From NCBI GenBank assembly GCA_951406725.2, contig OX597817.1:38564001-38628000 (forward strand): a stretch of DNA of 64,000 bases. Reading direction: 5' to 3'. How positions within the stretch are numbered: the stretch's first letter is position 1; each line of letters begins with the position of its first letter. This stretch comes from Octopus vulgaris (lineage: Eukaryota). Below, one piece after another: positions 12,471 to 26,299 of this stretch. The notes below the pieces were generated by a model. It did not search any database. It saw only the letters and a list, made by a program, of their open reading frames with translations, and was not told the origin of the DNA. A program made the position numbers and the translations under genes.

Positions 12471-14029
12471 TCGAAAAGATCATCACAAGGTCTCAAAGTG
12501 AATGATGATGAATTGTTAGGTCAGTTAAGGCTTCAGTCTGAAATGGAAATTTTAAGATTATTGACTCCTCGGTACACTATGACAAATTCAGATCAGGATG
12601 GTTCTGTTTTGAACGTCTACTATTTCTTCTCTACCCGACAATATTCAGCTTTATTTTTGGCCTTTTGTAATATTAAGTTTGACACGTCAATTATTCATTC
12701 ATCTGTTTATTTGTTGATAAATTTAGAGCAGCAATGATGAATATAACTGACAAATGTTTAATTAATTTACACTATTCGTGCATAGTTCAAACTCCCTTTC
12801 ACAAATGTCAACGAAGAGAGAGAGAGAGAGATACAGGTCAATGGTTCCTGATCTGATGTCCGCTGGCCCCTTGTGCTACAACCTGTTCAAAATTTTAAAA
12901 GACTACATACAGTATAAAAGATATAATTATTAAGTTACATATTATGTTTGAGTTGAAGAAATGAAAATGGGAAAAGTTAGTTATTTATGGTTAGTTAATA
13001 TAAGTGCTCATTGGTTTAAATTCATGGTTATGAGAAAATCGGTAACCACTGCTGGAGTTGAAGTCGTGGCCACTAGAACCTTTTGCCTTCAAAGACTTAA
13101 CACGCACACAGACACACACGCACAATCTGTTGACACTTCAAGTCAAAGGGACTTGTTGAGCTAATAAAGTATCCCACCAACAAGTGTATTTTGTTAAATA
13201 TATATTCTTAGGTAAACTCGTTAGTTATGATTAATAAAATAAGCAAACCGATTTGAATCCAATGGTTTATTTGTTTTTAAATAATCAATCGTTGATGTTT
13301 ATACCTGGCAATTTCTGCTCCCATTTTATCTATCTTTAGGTAAGATATTTAAGACACACGGCACTCAGATGTGTAGGATGTTGAAAAGAAAACAAAATCT
13401 CATAAAATAAAATAAGATATTCTTAAACGATCTCCGTCTTTCACCTTTCTCTTCTTCGTCTTCTCTCTCGCTCGCCCTCAGTTTATTTTCTCTTTTCTTC
13501 TTTCCATGACGTAGCTATCTATCTATCTTTCTCTTTGTCATCATTAATGACGTATATGCTCGTCTTTCTTTTCTTTCTTCTTGTCACCATTCAAGATCTA
13601 TCTATCTATCTATCCATCTCCTTGTCATCGTTCATGACGTACGCTTTGTTAAACGAGCTCCTCTAAGATTTATTTAGTTCATTAAGATACAAAAGCAATA
13701 ACGGTATGTGCGTGTGTTGGCATCATCGGCACTGCTTTACTCGGGCTACGTATAAATGTCTAATACGTAAGAGAGTATGCGAGCAGCTAGTTAATGAATA
13801 AATAGTCTCCACAGATACACACACCAACCGCCTGTCGGTATTGCAAAATCTGTCGTATTTGATAAGTGCTCTGGATGTTGTGTAATCTACGTAATTTTTT
13901 TTCCTTCTATCTCTCTTCTTATTTCTCTTTTTTGATATTTAATACGTGCTGTTGCTGTACGATTCTGTTCCACTGTTGAGTCGCAGGTTTTGTACCTTAG
14001 ATTTATTTCTATCGCCACACCATCGTATA

Positions 14030-14090
<61 letters not shown>

Positions 14091-14636
14091 GCACACACAG
14101 AGTATATTGTCGATTCGTTGTTATTGTTAAAGCCACTGTCTATGTCTGTGTGTGCGCCTGTGATGGATCGTTGTTATGAAGGTGCGCGTGTGTATATGTA
14201 TGCGTGGGTGTTGTTGCTTTCTCTTTCTTGCTTGCTCTTCCCGTCGAAATGTACTGATTAAATAAGCGAGTTAGATTCTGGATGATGATGGTGTTGGCAG
14301 CAGTAGTAGTAGTAGTAGTAGTGGTGGTGGTGGTGGTAGTGATAAGTTCGCTTTCCACAAGAAATAGAACAGTCCTATCGTGAATCGGTAACCGTAGTAA
14401 CTTATATATACACGAGTTATCAACTCTATAGGCTGGTTACTAAGGTCGAGTATGATTGAAAATTGTGTGCACACACACATATACACCCATTATCACAACT
14501 TCATATAACGTGTGTGTGCGTGTGTATTATATATATATACATATACGTGATTATATATGTGTATATATATGATTCATGTATTTTCATGAATGGATATATA
14601 TATATATGATTCATGTATTTGCATGTTTGCATGGAT

Positions 14637-14674
<38 letters not shown>

Positions 14675-15107
14675 ATGCAAATACATGAATCACGTATAAG
14701 TTTTAAAAAAAACATGATGATGGCAGCGACCCATTACATTTCGGATTTAACTGCTAAGATGCGAAGCAAAAACCAGTCGATTGTCCCACAAACATTGCAA
14801 GCTGACGGCTAAGAACCTAGAAACTAGATCGGGTAGGAGCAGAAAAATGGTGTACCAGCGCCCGCTTTTCTGCTCGTAATTCAGGCCAGCAAAACTAAAT
14901 GACTTGGGGGCATATATATATATATATATATGAAAGATGGAATCCTTGTTATCTTGAAATGCCAGTTAGGTTTATACTGATGTTGATACAAATTGTGTCC
15001 CTTGCAGTGCGTTCTCTTTATGTCGAAGTGTGTGTGTGTTCCTATATCTACACGCATTTGAGGTAGGAATATAATTCATTTAATCCAAGCAAAGTTGGAA
15101 AAAATTT

Positions 15108-15137
<30 letters not shown>

Positions 15138-15139
<2 letters not shown>

Positions 15140-15286
15140 GTTTAGAGCACTGGTCTCGTAAACCAAGGGTCGTGAGTTCGTATCTCACTGGGGGCAGTGG
15201 ATTGTATGACTGTTGTACGTTCCAATTTTTAATGGCGGTGCCCCAGCATGGCCACAGCTCGTGAGCTGAAACTAGATAAAATGAAA

Positions 15287-15290
<4 letters not shown>
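15138..15290 (+). mobile_element. 5'-truncated tRNA-Thr(CGT)-like head fused to the family B 3' tail
   Basis: Anticodon arm tggt-ctCGTaa-acca, T arm gtgag-ttcgtat-ctcac, 3' acceptor strand tgggggca, then ggcggtgccccagcatggccacag..ctgaaac. The 5' acceptor strand is replaced by (TG)n. Confidence 0.65.
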
Positions 15291-15348
<58 letters not shown>

Positions 15349-15784
15349 ATATATCTATAAACTTATATAACTTTGTTCTTTATACACCATACACATACAT
15401 TTATATTATATTATATATATATATGTGTGTGTGTGTGTAAAAGTTTAGGTGGAAATCAAAAATGTGTAGACGAAAAGCTTTGAAACAGAATGAAATAATA
15501 AACAACAACAATAATAGGGCTAGACGGAATGTATGTCTGCTTTAACATTAGAAGACGAAGTTTTAGAATGGCTGGCTGGCTGACTGGCTGGCTTGCTGGT
15601 CGGTGTGTCTGTCAGTAGGTTGAAGTCTTTCAATGAACGGTATTCAATATGTGTATTCATTTGTTGCTAACAGTAGCTGCCAAGACGAGTCTCCTGTTGA
15701 ATACCTTACTCTTCTCACATACTCTATCAACAAACAGCTTTTTATCAATCTCCATCTTTCTGACACTCTTTCACTTCGAGATAA

Positions 15785-16235
15785 CGATGGAGGATGTCTC
15801 CATGGCTGTTAGAAATAGTAGCTAAACAGTTGAATTTTTCCTCATGCCACATACCTATTGTCTTCAAAATGGACAAAATATTTTTTAGACATAAGGTTAC
15901 ATTGAAAATTGTCGTCTTTGATATACTATGTCTGAATTAAAAAAAAAAAACTATGGTAGTTACAGTTGGTACACATGGGATCATACATAGGTTTACTTGA
16001 CCAGAGTTGAACTATAGTTAAATTATTAGTCACTCAGTGTGCTAGAAATAGAAACTGTCTCTCTCAAATGACACCTTAACACCTTTTAAAGAGGATACTT
16101 TCGATAAAGTAATCCTAGGTAAATTAGGTATTGAAAAAAGTCAAAGAAAATCGGGATACTCACTGCTGGAACGGCTGTGGTCCTAAGGTCGTCTGCTTCA
16201 ACCAATAACTTAGACCTCAGAAGACTAAAAACGAC
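15785..16235 (+). repeat. Two tandem family E repeats
   Basis: tagaaatag..caaatnacacc..gtctt..ggatact/ggtag..gctgg..cataggt..gacc pattern twice. Confidence 0.6.
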
Positions 16236-17179
16236 GACAATGACCGACACCTTACGAAACGGTTATTTTCGCGGTTGTTTATATTTTTGTTTATTTTCTG
16301 TTTAGATATTTTAAATGACGATTTATTAATGTGTATTCAATTATTATTTATTTATCTATGTATTATTTAAAGAATTCCTAAAATAAGTTTAAGTTCGTGT
16401 GCCACGAAAGTTGCTTGCAACAAAGCATAATCTCTCTTCTCACAACATAGAACTTTTTAATAAATGTTTACTAGTTTTCTATTGTTCAGCCCCAAGCTAC
16501 CCTTGATTATATTATACTTATGATAAAAGGACAGTCTAGCAGTAAAGTATCTTATGTTATTCAAAATGCTCTTCATCTTTTTTAAGATAGCAATGTGTCA
16601 TTTTAGGGATATTTGACTGCTACTTTCTTGTAAATCGTTGAGGATCTTTGGTGTTTTCATTGTAGTTGTTTAAAACACGTTTGAGGGTGGGAGTCAGATA
16701 GATAGATAGATAGGCAAACACATACACACATGCATATATTAACTTCATGCTGAAATAAGTTCTTTTTCTCCTCTATACGAAAAGCAAAGTTTTAGAATTC
16801 AAATAATATTCATGAAGCATGAAGTTAGTGTCATGCCTATAGGTGTTTTAATGTGATGGGCCCTGGTAAAAAAAAAATGTCCCTACTCTCCTTTAACTGT
16901 CACTTAACTTTAAATTATTTTCATAAATTTTATTTCTTCTCCCAACCACAGTCCAGCTCTAGTTTAATCGGACAATCTCTATTTGCTCCATCAAAGAAAA
17001 TCGGGATACTTTGTTCCATTTGTAATCAAAACTTGACACTGCCAAAATGTATACTGTTCTATGCCCCAGTGCTACAGAGAGGCACTCCCATTAATCTGTA
17101 ATGAAACTTTCCATACTGTTTAATGAGTTTTGAAAAATATATCGCTAGCGTGATTCTAGATAGAGTTGTTGATAAAGAT

Positions 17180-17392
17180 GCAAATTATTTAGCCCCAAGT
17201 AAGTCCTGATCTGACAAACCTATGATCAAAGGGTTCCAGTTTGCACTATTTTCCATTTTTGTATATCGGTCTACAATTTACCATACACCTCTTTCTCTCT
17301 CTCTCTATCGACGACGACAATTTGATTAGGGGAGGTTTGACTGCTATATCTAGCAGACTGAGCGACCGCGTAGAGGAGCTCCCTCGTTGATA
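17180..17392 (-). repeat. Family E repeat
   Basis: tttagcccca..gtcctgatc..aacctatgatcaaagg..tttgactgctatatctagcag..ctccctcgttg (reverse-oriented consensus). Confidence 0.7.
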
Positions 17393-18405
17393 AACTATAT
17401 TCGGGGGTGGGGGGGGGACAAAAGTTGGAATTAATTATTTTTTTATTCCATCTTTATTTTTATTTTTTTTTAAATTAGGTTGTGTGAGAAAAATATTCTG
17501 TATGGCTGTAGAAATATATTTAGAAATATTTGGGCACTGAAGTGAAGAAAAGAATTTTTCCCCTCTTGAGAAATACACACACACACACACACACACACAT
17601 GCATGCATACACTCACACACGTACATGTGTGTGTGTATGTTCACATACATGCGTACATTCTCACAAATGCACGTGTGTTTATATGTTTGGTGGTGGGGAG
17701 AGTTTGTGTGTATATCATTATCTTCTTTCTCATCATTATTCTTTTATGCCCACTTTCCATGCTGGCATGTATTGGATGAGTTGCCACAGTCGGAATCACA
17801 TATTCGGAGGTACTGCTCACATAGGCAGGTCAGAGGGCTCACATCTCACTAGTGCATTTCAGTTTTGGTTTGATTTTTATGGCTACACACCCTTCCTAAC
17901 CCCAACTACTTTACAGTGTTCTGGGTGCATTTTCGTGACCCCAGCACTACAGAGATAATCTATATAACAAACTTTGGAGAGAACCTCTGGGCAGCCACTC
18001 TACTAGAAATAGATGCCAAATCTCCCTCAAACCACACTCTAATATTACAAAAGGATACAGTCCTAGAAAAATAGTTGGGATGGCCACGGCAAGATTACTT
18101 TTCAGTAATGATCTATTCAATCAAAGCTAATGTATGGCTTAAACAGCAGCAACATAAAATAGACATAACCCACTACTAAGCTGTAGTAGTGTTGTAAGCC
18201 TGTATTGAGTTCAGTTTCTCTTGTAAGTGGGACCAGAAGATGAGTTGTAGCCCAGTATTAGATTCATTTATGTATCAATACATCTGATCAAGCATAATAG
18301 ATATCTCTTATCATGAAGAAAAGTTAGTATTGACTTCATTTCTTGATGAACGAATGATTGAGAAGGAATTATACATAAAAAAACCATAACCATCACTTTC
18401 AAAGT

Positions 18406-18690
18406 GGAAGCACATGGCCTAGTGGTTAGAGCAGTGGACTTACAGTTGAGGGATCATGGGTTCAAATCTCAGACCAAGCAAAACACCTAAGCTCCACGTG
18501 GCTCCGGCAGAAGGTAATGGTGAATGTCTGCTAACTCTTTCGCCACAACTTTCTCCCACTTTTTTCTCCTGCATCTAGCAGCTCACCTGCGACGGACCGG
18601 TGTCCCATCCAGGTGGGGAACCTATATGCCAATGAAACCGGGAAACCAGCCCTTATGAGCCAGGTATGGCTCAAGAAGGAACTAACAACA
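18406..18690 (+). mobile_element. tRNA-derived SINE with a Meta/V-type conserved central domain (family C)
   Basis: A box tggcctagtggttagagc, B box ggttcaaatc, central cctgcgacggaccggtgtcccatccagg..gaaaccggga..atgagcc..tggctc, (AAC)n tail, flanking direct repeat atcactttc (18392 and 18691). Confidence 0.75.
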
Positions 18691-18999
18691 ATCACTTTCT
18701 AACAAGTAATGACTTAGTAGCCTATACCATGCTTTAGTTAATTGTTTTAAGTGCCTATGTACTCCACGTAGACATAGACACATGCTCAACCTTCTCTCCT
18801 TTGACCCAGCAGAATAATCAGAATGTCACAGCTGGAGGCAGTAAGGGCTGCACTAGCACATGGCTGGTACTCATTTCAGCTGAGAAGAATGGAGTACCTT
18901 GCTCAAGGCTACAATGTACCACCTGGTCCAGTAAGAGTAAAATGTGAAGAATTAGAGAGATGTTCATGTGACATTTTAACTGATTAGCATTTTAACAGA

Positions 19000-19285
19000 T
19001 CAATAGCACTGTGAAATAACAATAATGTCATATATCAGTAGTATACTAAACTTAGGTTAATGTCACACACTGATAGCTCTTGGAAGCTTAGTTAATGTCA
19101 CATAGCATTAGTTAATGTCATACTGTGGTTGCACAGTAAATCTTGGCTAACATCACACATCAGGTTTATGATAAACCTTGATTAATATCACCCAACAGTA
19201 GTGATGTGTCTTGGTTAATGGTTACACATTGGTAGTTATGTGAACATTAATGTCACAGCTGTAGTGGTTTACTAATTAATATATA
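19000..19285. repeat. Degenerate ~35-bp minisatellite (gttaatgtcacac..)
   Basis: About eight recurrences of (gt)taatgtcaca-like units, with another at 19570. Confidence 0.7.
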
Positions 19286-20470
19286 TATATATATCTGTGT
19301 GTGCACAGCTCCATTTCTTGACATCTGTCATAGTTATAAATGAGTGTCAGTTTTACAATTAGTGTCATTCATTTCCAGTATTCTGCAAGAACATGTCTGG
19401 TTGTGAGGAAATATTACCTTGCTTGGAAACAGGTTAGGGTTCATAACAGGAAGGGTATCTGGCTCTGGAAAGTCTGCCTCAATAAACTTTTCTATGCGAG
19501 TATGGTAAAAGTGGACTTTAAATCAACGATGATGATGATGTTACACACATCAAGAGCACTCTGAACAATGGTTAATGTCACAACAGTATCCTTATATATA
19601 TTGTTTTAATGTCTAAGAATAAATTACATGAGTCAGTCAGAAGATTACCAGTGACTGACAAAGATTCACCCACCAATATGTTTCCAACTTTATGTTATAA
19701 ACTCATTTCTTTGTGAATACTTGTAACTCTCTGGTGTTGGTGCTATAATGAAATGCATCCAGTTCATATTGTGATGTCATTAGCAACTCCATAAAATGGT
19801 TGGTGCATGAATGAAGACAAAGTAACTGAGAAAGTGTCTTCTTAGTCTTGTCAAGAATAAGATGACCTCTCTAGTACTGGTGCCACAATAAAATGTACCC
19901 AGTAGATTTTGTAAAATAGCTGGCTATCAGGTAGGAACCATGCAAAAAATAGAATTAGTATAAGTGTGTAGTGATCACTGACCCATGCAATTGTGTAGTC
20001 ATTGCTGATATATATCTAGACAAGCTCATGGTTTCAGCACACCTTCTGTCTAAAATATTGCATTTGTCAACCTGAAGTAACAGCAGACGTGACAACACTT
20101 GCCCAGAGTGTTGCACAATCAGATAAAACCCAGAATCGTGTGGTTACAATGCAAGCTTCTTAACCACACAGCAAATGTAGTACAATATCTTTTATTAAAC
20201 AAAAAAAAAGTAAGAAAATCAATAATAAAAAAAAAACAGCTGTCTTGTGAACTTACCTCTTCCAGGAAGGTCACCTAGAGAAATATATTCCTCAACATCT
20301 GCTATCTTAATATCAGCTTTTTAATAAATGAATAAGCACTTAATTGAACTCCACCCTACCCTGGTTCCTGACTAGACCATTCAAGTAAGTTGGTTTACTA
20401 GCAGCCACCTCACCTACACCTCTTTCACTCCCTTTCTTAAGTTATATATACATATGTATGTGTATGTATT

Positions 20471-20514
<44 letters not shown>

Positions 20515-20944
20515 TGTGTGTATGTGCATGTTTGTGTATATATATATATATATATATTAATTCCCCTTTGATATAGCCGGACCTATAACCAGTTGTTAGA
20601 ACATGCACACACATACATATATATATAAATTCATCTAAGTATCTATAATCTAAAACCTGTATTCAACAGAAATTGCTTTGCATTTTTATTATTTTTTGTT
20701 TTTATTTTTATTTTCTAAGTATAAGGAACTGAACTGAAGCACTCATAAAAAATGCACACAAGGAGTGGTCTAGCAAGAATCAGTTGGACACAGTGATAAA
20801 TATATAATCTAGATACTTACTCATTGTTGGCAAGGTAAAATAAAATTGGCCAGGAAAAATGTAACACAGATTGAAAACACAATGTAAGTTTTCAGAAAAT
20901 ACTCATGATGGAAATGTGTATTAGATATGTTATATTTTCCTTTT

Positions 20945-21320
20945 CTTTACTTTTACTTGTTTCAGTCATTAGACTACAGCAATGCTGGGGCACTACCTTG
21001 AAAGGTTTGGTCAAACAAATTAACCCTAGTATTTATTATTTTTTTTTAAAGTCTAGTACTTATTCTGTTGTACTCTTTTACTGGGGTGTAAACAAACCAA
21101 CCCCGGTTGTCAAGTAGTGGGGAGGACAAGCACAAAGACACACATGCATCTTATGTAATATATAAACACAACAGGCTTTCCATACAAAGGACTTCTTTCA
21201 GTTGCCTTCTACTAAATTCACTCTCAAGGCATTGATCGGCCTGGGGTTATATAGTAGAAGACTCATACTCAAGGTGCCACACAGTGGGATTGAACTTGGA
21301 ACCATGTGGTTGCAAACTAG
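20945..21320 (-). mobile_element. SINE family B copy, CpG-decayed
   Basis: ttttacttgtttcagtcatt..gctggggcac..actaaattcactctcaaggc..aaggtgccacacagtggga..accatgtggttg. Confidence 0.8.
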
Positions 21321-21815
21321 ACTTCTGTTTCTCCTTTTTTCTGTATCCCATGTTCCTTTTATTTTTCTCCCATCTTTACCATCTTTTTCTCTTTTTTTCT
21401 TTATTACATTTACTCCTTTTTTCTCAACCCTGTTCCCTGTCATACTCATTCACTTTTCTCACCATCTTACATCCCTCTGCCTAGAATCGTTGCCCTCTCT
21501 CTCTCCTCTTCTGTTATAGGGCCCATTCTGCCTTGCAGAATCATCACTTTTGATGATGCCATGTAAAATGCAGCCAGTGCACTCTATAAAGTGGACGTTA
21601 TGTAAGTCAAGCATCTATAGAAACTACACCAAAGTAAACATAGGAGACCAACACAGCCTTCAGACTAGTCAGATCCTGTTAAACTGAGAATACCTACATA
21701 CATAGGTGTGAGTGTGTGTGAAGGTGCATGGCCTTGTGGCTAGGGTGTTGTACTCATGATAGCTAGATTTGTAAGTTCAATTCCCATCATGAATGGAATT
21801 ATAATGTTGCCATTG

Positions 21816-22125
21816 CTAGTGATCACTCCAAACACCATGATGTTCACTGGATGTTTGATTTTTATCACTCTTGGTACATGTCCTCAGACTGACACCCAAA
21901 CACTCTGAAATGTTCATATTGGAGCTTCCAGCATGAATGCCGAGCAGTGCAGCATGTTGTTTCCAAATTTCTGGTAGAGTGAATTGCATCATGGTGCTGT
22001 TTTTCTCACAGACTGTGCCCAACTGACCCTACTATACTGTGTAGTCGACAAAATAAAAAACAATCAATGCACATGCATGAAATTAAGGATATAAAATGAC
22101 GACAATTTATCCATTGCACCCTGTA
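21816..22125 (-). mobile_element. Internally deleted Tc1/mariner (DD37D/maT-like) 5' end
   Basis: TA+CAGGGTGCAATGGATAAATTGTCG TIR start. HTH-like QHAALLGIHAGSSNMNISECLGVSLRT then jumps to KIKHPVNIMVFGVITS, the KHP..VMV.G.I motif. Confidence 0.75.
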
Positions 22126-24279
22126 TGTATATACATATATATATATATATACATACATAGATATATAAACCTTAACCCATCTCCATAACCTCACTATTGG
22201 CAGTTTGGTAAGGAGAGGTGAGCAAACCCTAATGTTGAATTATCATCATATGCGTTACTTCAATCCTTAAGCCTAGGTAGCAGAAAACTCCTATTGAGTT
22301 TTATTTTTCACTGAGACTAAGCACATATAAATATAAGGCCATATGCATATTTATTCATAAACCACGCTGTATCTAGTGTACACTTGTAATTTTCGTTGAT
22401 AAGTCAACACTTTAACAACTTGACCTATGAATGTAACACTTACATTCATAATTAAATAAATAAATAAATGAATGAAATCTAGTGCTTTGTGTATTTGTGT
22501 GTGAGAGAGAGAAATACAGACAGAGAGAGAAACTACTTAAAGCCCAAATAAATTTACATAGCATTTCACTGCTAAAAAATATATAAGTTAATTCTTATGT
22601 TTTATATCAAAGTTATGTTCTGAAATCACATACTGTTGCTTCTATCTATAAAAAATATTGTGAACTTTTGAAGACATACAGAAATGTAGAATGACAGCAT
22701 ATGGTATTTAACCCTTCAAAGAAAGAAAAAAATTACATTAGATAGTGTTATAGATATGCCCCAAAGAGAAAGCTGGTCTTAATTTGGAGAACTTTTGATC
22801 ATAGATGTGCTCAATCAGCATTGACCTAGAGTTGAACAACATCAACAATGGCTCTCATCATCTTTTCTTGAGTAAAATATATAAGAAAAAGTGCCTGTGT
22901 GTATTTGATGATAAATGGTCATAACTAAAGTTAATGTTTTTGTTGTTGTTGTTGGTGGTGGTGGTGGTGGTTGTAGCAGCAGCAATGTCAGAAATGCAAT
23001 AGTTGTTTTGCTAGTCGTGATGCTGTTCATAGCAGTGAGCATACAAGTAGTAGTAGTGGTAGTGTTTTGTAGTTAAATGCAATAATGGTGATGGTGTTGT
23101 TCTTGTTGATGAAGGTGGTGATTTTTGTCCATGGCAACAGAGCGGTATTGATGGTAGTGGCAGTGGTCAGGGTGGTTGTACTTGTGGTAGAAAGACAGAA
23201 AGCTTAGCAATTTCCTATTTAGACTTTGAAACACTGGACTAGCTAGTGGTGGTAGTACCTGGTATCATTCTGGTTGATTATAACAGAAAACAAAAAAAAA
23301 TCAATGCAAACAACTATCAACTATGGTGTGTGTCTTTCAGGAGACATGTACACACTGAATAAATGTATATAAAATGTCCACTTGCATATTCCTTTTTGGA
23401 ACATAGCCAGTTTTATTTGTTTGTTCTTGATTTGTTAATGCTAAAACCTGCATTTGGAGCATTTCAAAGTCAATAGCTGTTGTTGTTGTTGTTGTTTTTT
23501 ATCAAGTAGTCTTGGTTAAGCTGCTTTATTCAAGCTGATCTACTACTGCACATTAGTAGATGTCCCAAAGGTTGATTCCAGCACTTCAGATTTTACTGAG
23601 GAGGTCTAATAAAATAGAAACATTATCCAGAGTTGCCTTTCAAAACTTTTGCTGTTTTTTTTTTCCTATTTTGACCTATGAACTGTGATGTGCTAATAAC
23701 TGGACACTGCTGTTGAAAGAAACTGTAGCAGCCTCTGAATGTGGAAGCCCAAGATTGAACCAAGAGCCTTAGATCTTCAATCTAAAACTGTCCTGCTGGT
23801 ATCATTAAAAAATTAAAATATGCTGTCTTTTCCTCAACACGTAATTATTTTGATATTCCCTACATTAAATATTCATTTTGACCCAGACCAAAAAGCAGAT
23901 TTATGAACATTTTAAGACCCATCTCTTCTACTGTTACCCAATACTGACCACTGCTATCATGTTGAACAAGGGGCCATATCAGATGTTACATTTTGGAGGC
24001 TTCTGCATCTTAATAGAGGACAAAGATCACCCACCTACATTGATGTTATTGGTAGGGACATACAACATGAAACTAGGGACCTACCAAAGCTAATGGGAGA
24101 TTCCTGGTGTAGCATTGTGAAACACAACTTGGTTACAGCTACTTGAAGATAATAAATTTAACACTGAACTTAATTTCTTATGTAGTGAGTGTCCTTGAAT
24201 GTTTAACTTCTATAAGTTATTTTATATCTTGTAAAACAAATTCAAAATCTTATAAATCTCATTTTTCTCCAAATTTCTT

Positions 24280-24483
24280 TTAACCCATTTGTTACTACTT
24301 TCGTTTTAATTTTGAAAATAATGAAGGATTTAGTAAAATAAATTTGTCATTACTAAGCTGGTGTTTGAAACATAAATTTACATGAAATTTTGATGGAGAC
24401 TTTTCATCCAGATCTCTTTAAAGCAGGTAGTTTGTATCATAGAACAGGAGCAGTCTCAGGCTGGTTGACACAAAAAGAGTTAA
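24280..24483 (+). mobile_element. piggyBac-type MITE, decayed
   Basis: TTAA-ccc..gttac .. aaagag-TTAA ends, internal sequence homologous to 63446-63659. Confidence 0.75.
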
Positions 24484-26299
24484 CGAGTGTTACTTAGCCC
24501 TGATGTTGCTGCATGTGACTATGAGATATATAAAACTACTTCTGGCTAGGATCTTAGTCTGTCTTAATTAACAATCTCAGATGATATGGTTCATAATGAG
24601 ATATGCTTGTTAAGGGAAGGGTACTGTAATGGAATGACCATAGTGAATTTGTACTGGAGATCTATAAACTTGTCCAATACCACAGCTTGAAACATACAAG
24701 CAATATCATCACAATCACTACTTCACTGTTTATCACACAAGCAAACAACTACGACCATCACTACTGGCTCCACCACCATCTCTGCCATATTACCTTCATC
24801 ATCATCACCATTAAAGCAGCAACTAACTCTGAATATAAAAGTTTCCTTGGATTAGAAAGCAATACTTAGATGCTAAATAAAAGCCATAGTCTGCAGATGG
24901 CAGTGAAAACACTGATTAAGATTAGTAAGAGAAGATATTGAGTGCTGGTGGTGGCAATAGTGGTGATGGTGGTAGAGGTGGTGTTGAAAGAGAGTAGCAT
25001 AGATTGATGGATAGATGGTTAGATGGATCTGTGTGTATTTGTGGAAATATGCAAATAAATAAAATATATGCATGTATACATACATGTATTGTGTATGGTG
25101 AGCAAAGGAAACCAAATAATTTAATTCCCCAAAGATTTTCTGCTGTAAAATAATCCATTTCCTGCCAGCAAAGCAGAAAGATGAAAAGTGGGGAATTTGT
25201 CTAATATATACATACACACAGACTCTTAATCTGTATATATATATACATACATACATACATGCATACACACATGCAACATATATATTAATATATTATACTT
25301 ATACCTCTTCTAGTTGTAGTTTCATATACTTTTGGTGATGGTCATGTTGAGTGTGCTGGTGAAAGCAATAGTGGTGTTGCTCTTTCTTTAATTTCAGAAC
25401 AGGTACTTAAAATTTGGCATACTCAGAGATCTGTTGTTGGATAGCAGCAACGAGGCATTAATAATGCAAATGTTCTAGACTTAGGTATTCTTTTTTTTTA
25501 CTTTATTTTTTATTTGTTGAGAGTTTGTTTCTTTTTTATTTCCCCCCTCCACTCCCATTTAATTTATTTTTGAAGTTAAAATAAGAACTTCCACTTGGCC
25601 TTACTTATAGAACCTCTTAACAACAATGATGCTGGGTTGGCAGCTGTTCCTGCTACTACTTATACTACTACAAGTTGGTATGTTAAGAAAGGGAACTTCT
25701 GCTATTTACAGCTATAAACATGTTCAGAAGCAGTGACCCTGACACATACTAATAAGAAATAATCAAGATTAGAAAGACCCTTAACTGCAACAGCTGCCTT
25801 TCCCAGCATATAATATCAGCTTCTGAAAACAGGACTGTAAGGGTTTAAAATGTTAACCAGAAAGCTACCAAGTTCTGTCTATCTTCAATAAGAGCTATGT
25901 TGCAGAAAAACTCTGGAAGAAAAATTCTGGAAATCTGTGGTCCATATAATATCAAAATTCAAAAGTAGGTATACTACCCTTCAGGGACATATCTTTTGAA
26001 CAAAACTACTGTCAAAAGAGATCATGACCAAGAGCTGTGTGTATTCCATCCCATGTAGCTGTGGTTGTGAATAAGTATGGGTTGGCTGCGGCTTGGACTT
26101 GATGTTTTATGAAACTAATGATGAAAGAAAACATGCATTGAAAATTGCATTAAAAAAGTGTATTGTTAGAGAAGGAGGTGGTAGTGGTGGTGGTGGTGGT
26201 AGTCGGCATCATTGTTGTTGTGGTCATGCTCATAGTTCTTGTTGCAGCAGGCAGCACTGTGGTGATCATGTGTTGACAATGTGGGTAATAATAATAAAA

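Noticed and set aside
15138-15196. Functional tRNA-Thr gene
   Set aside because: The 5' acceptor strand and part of the D arm are missing.
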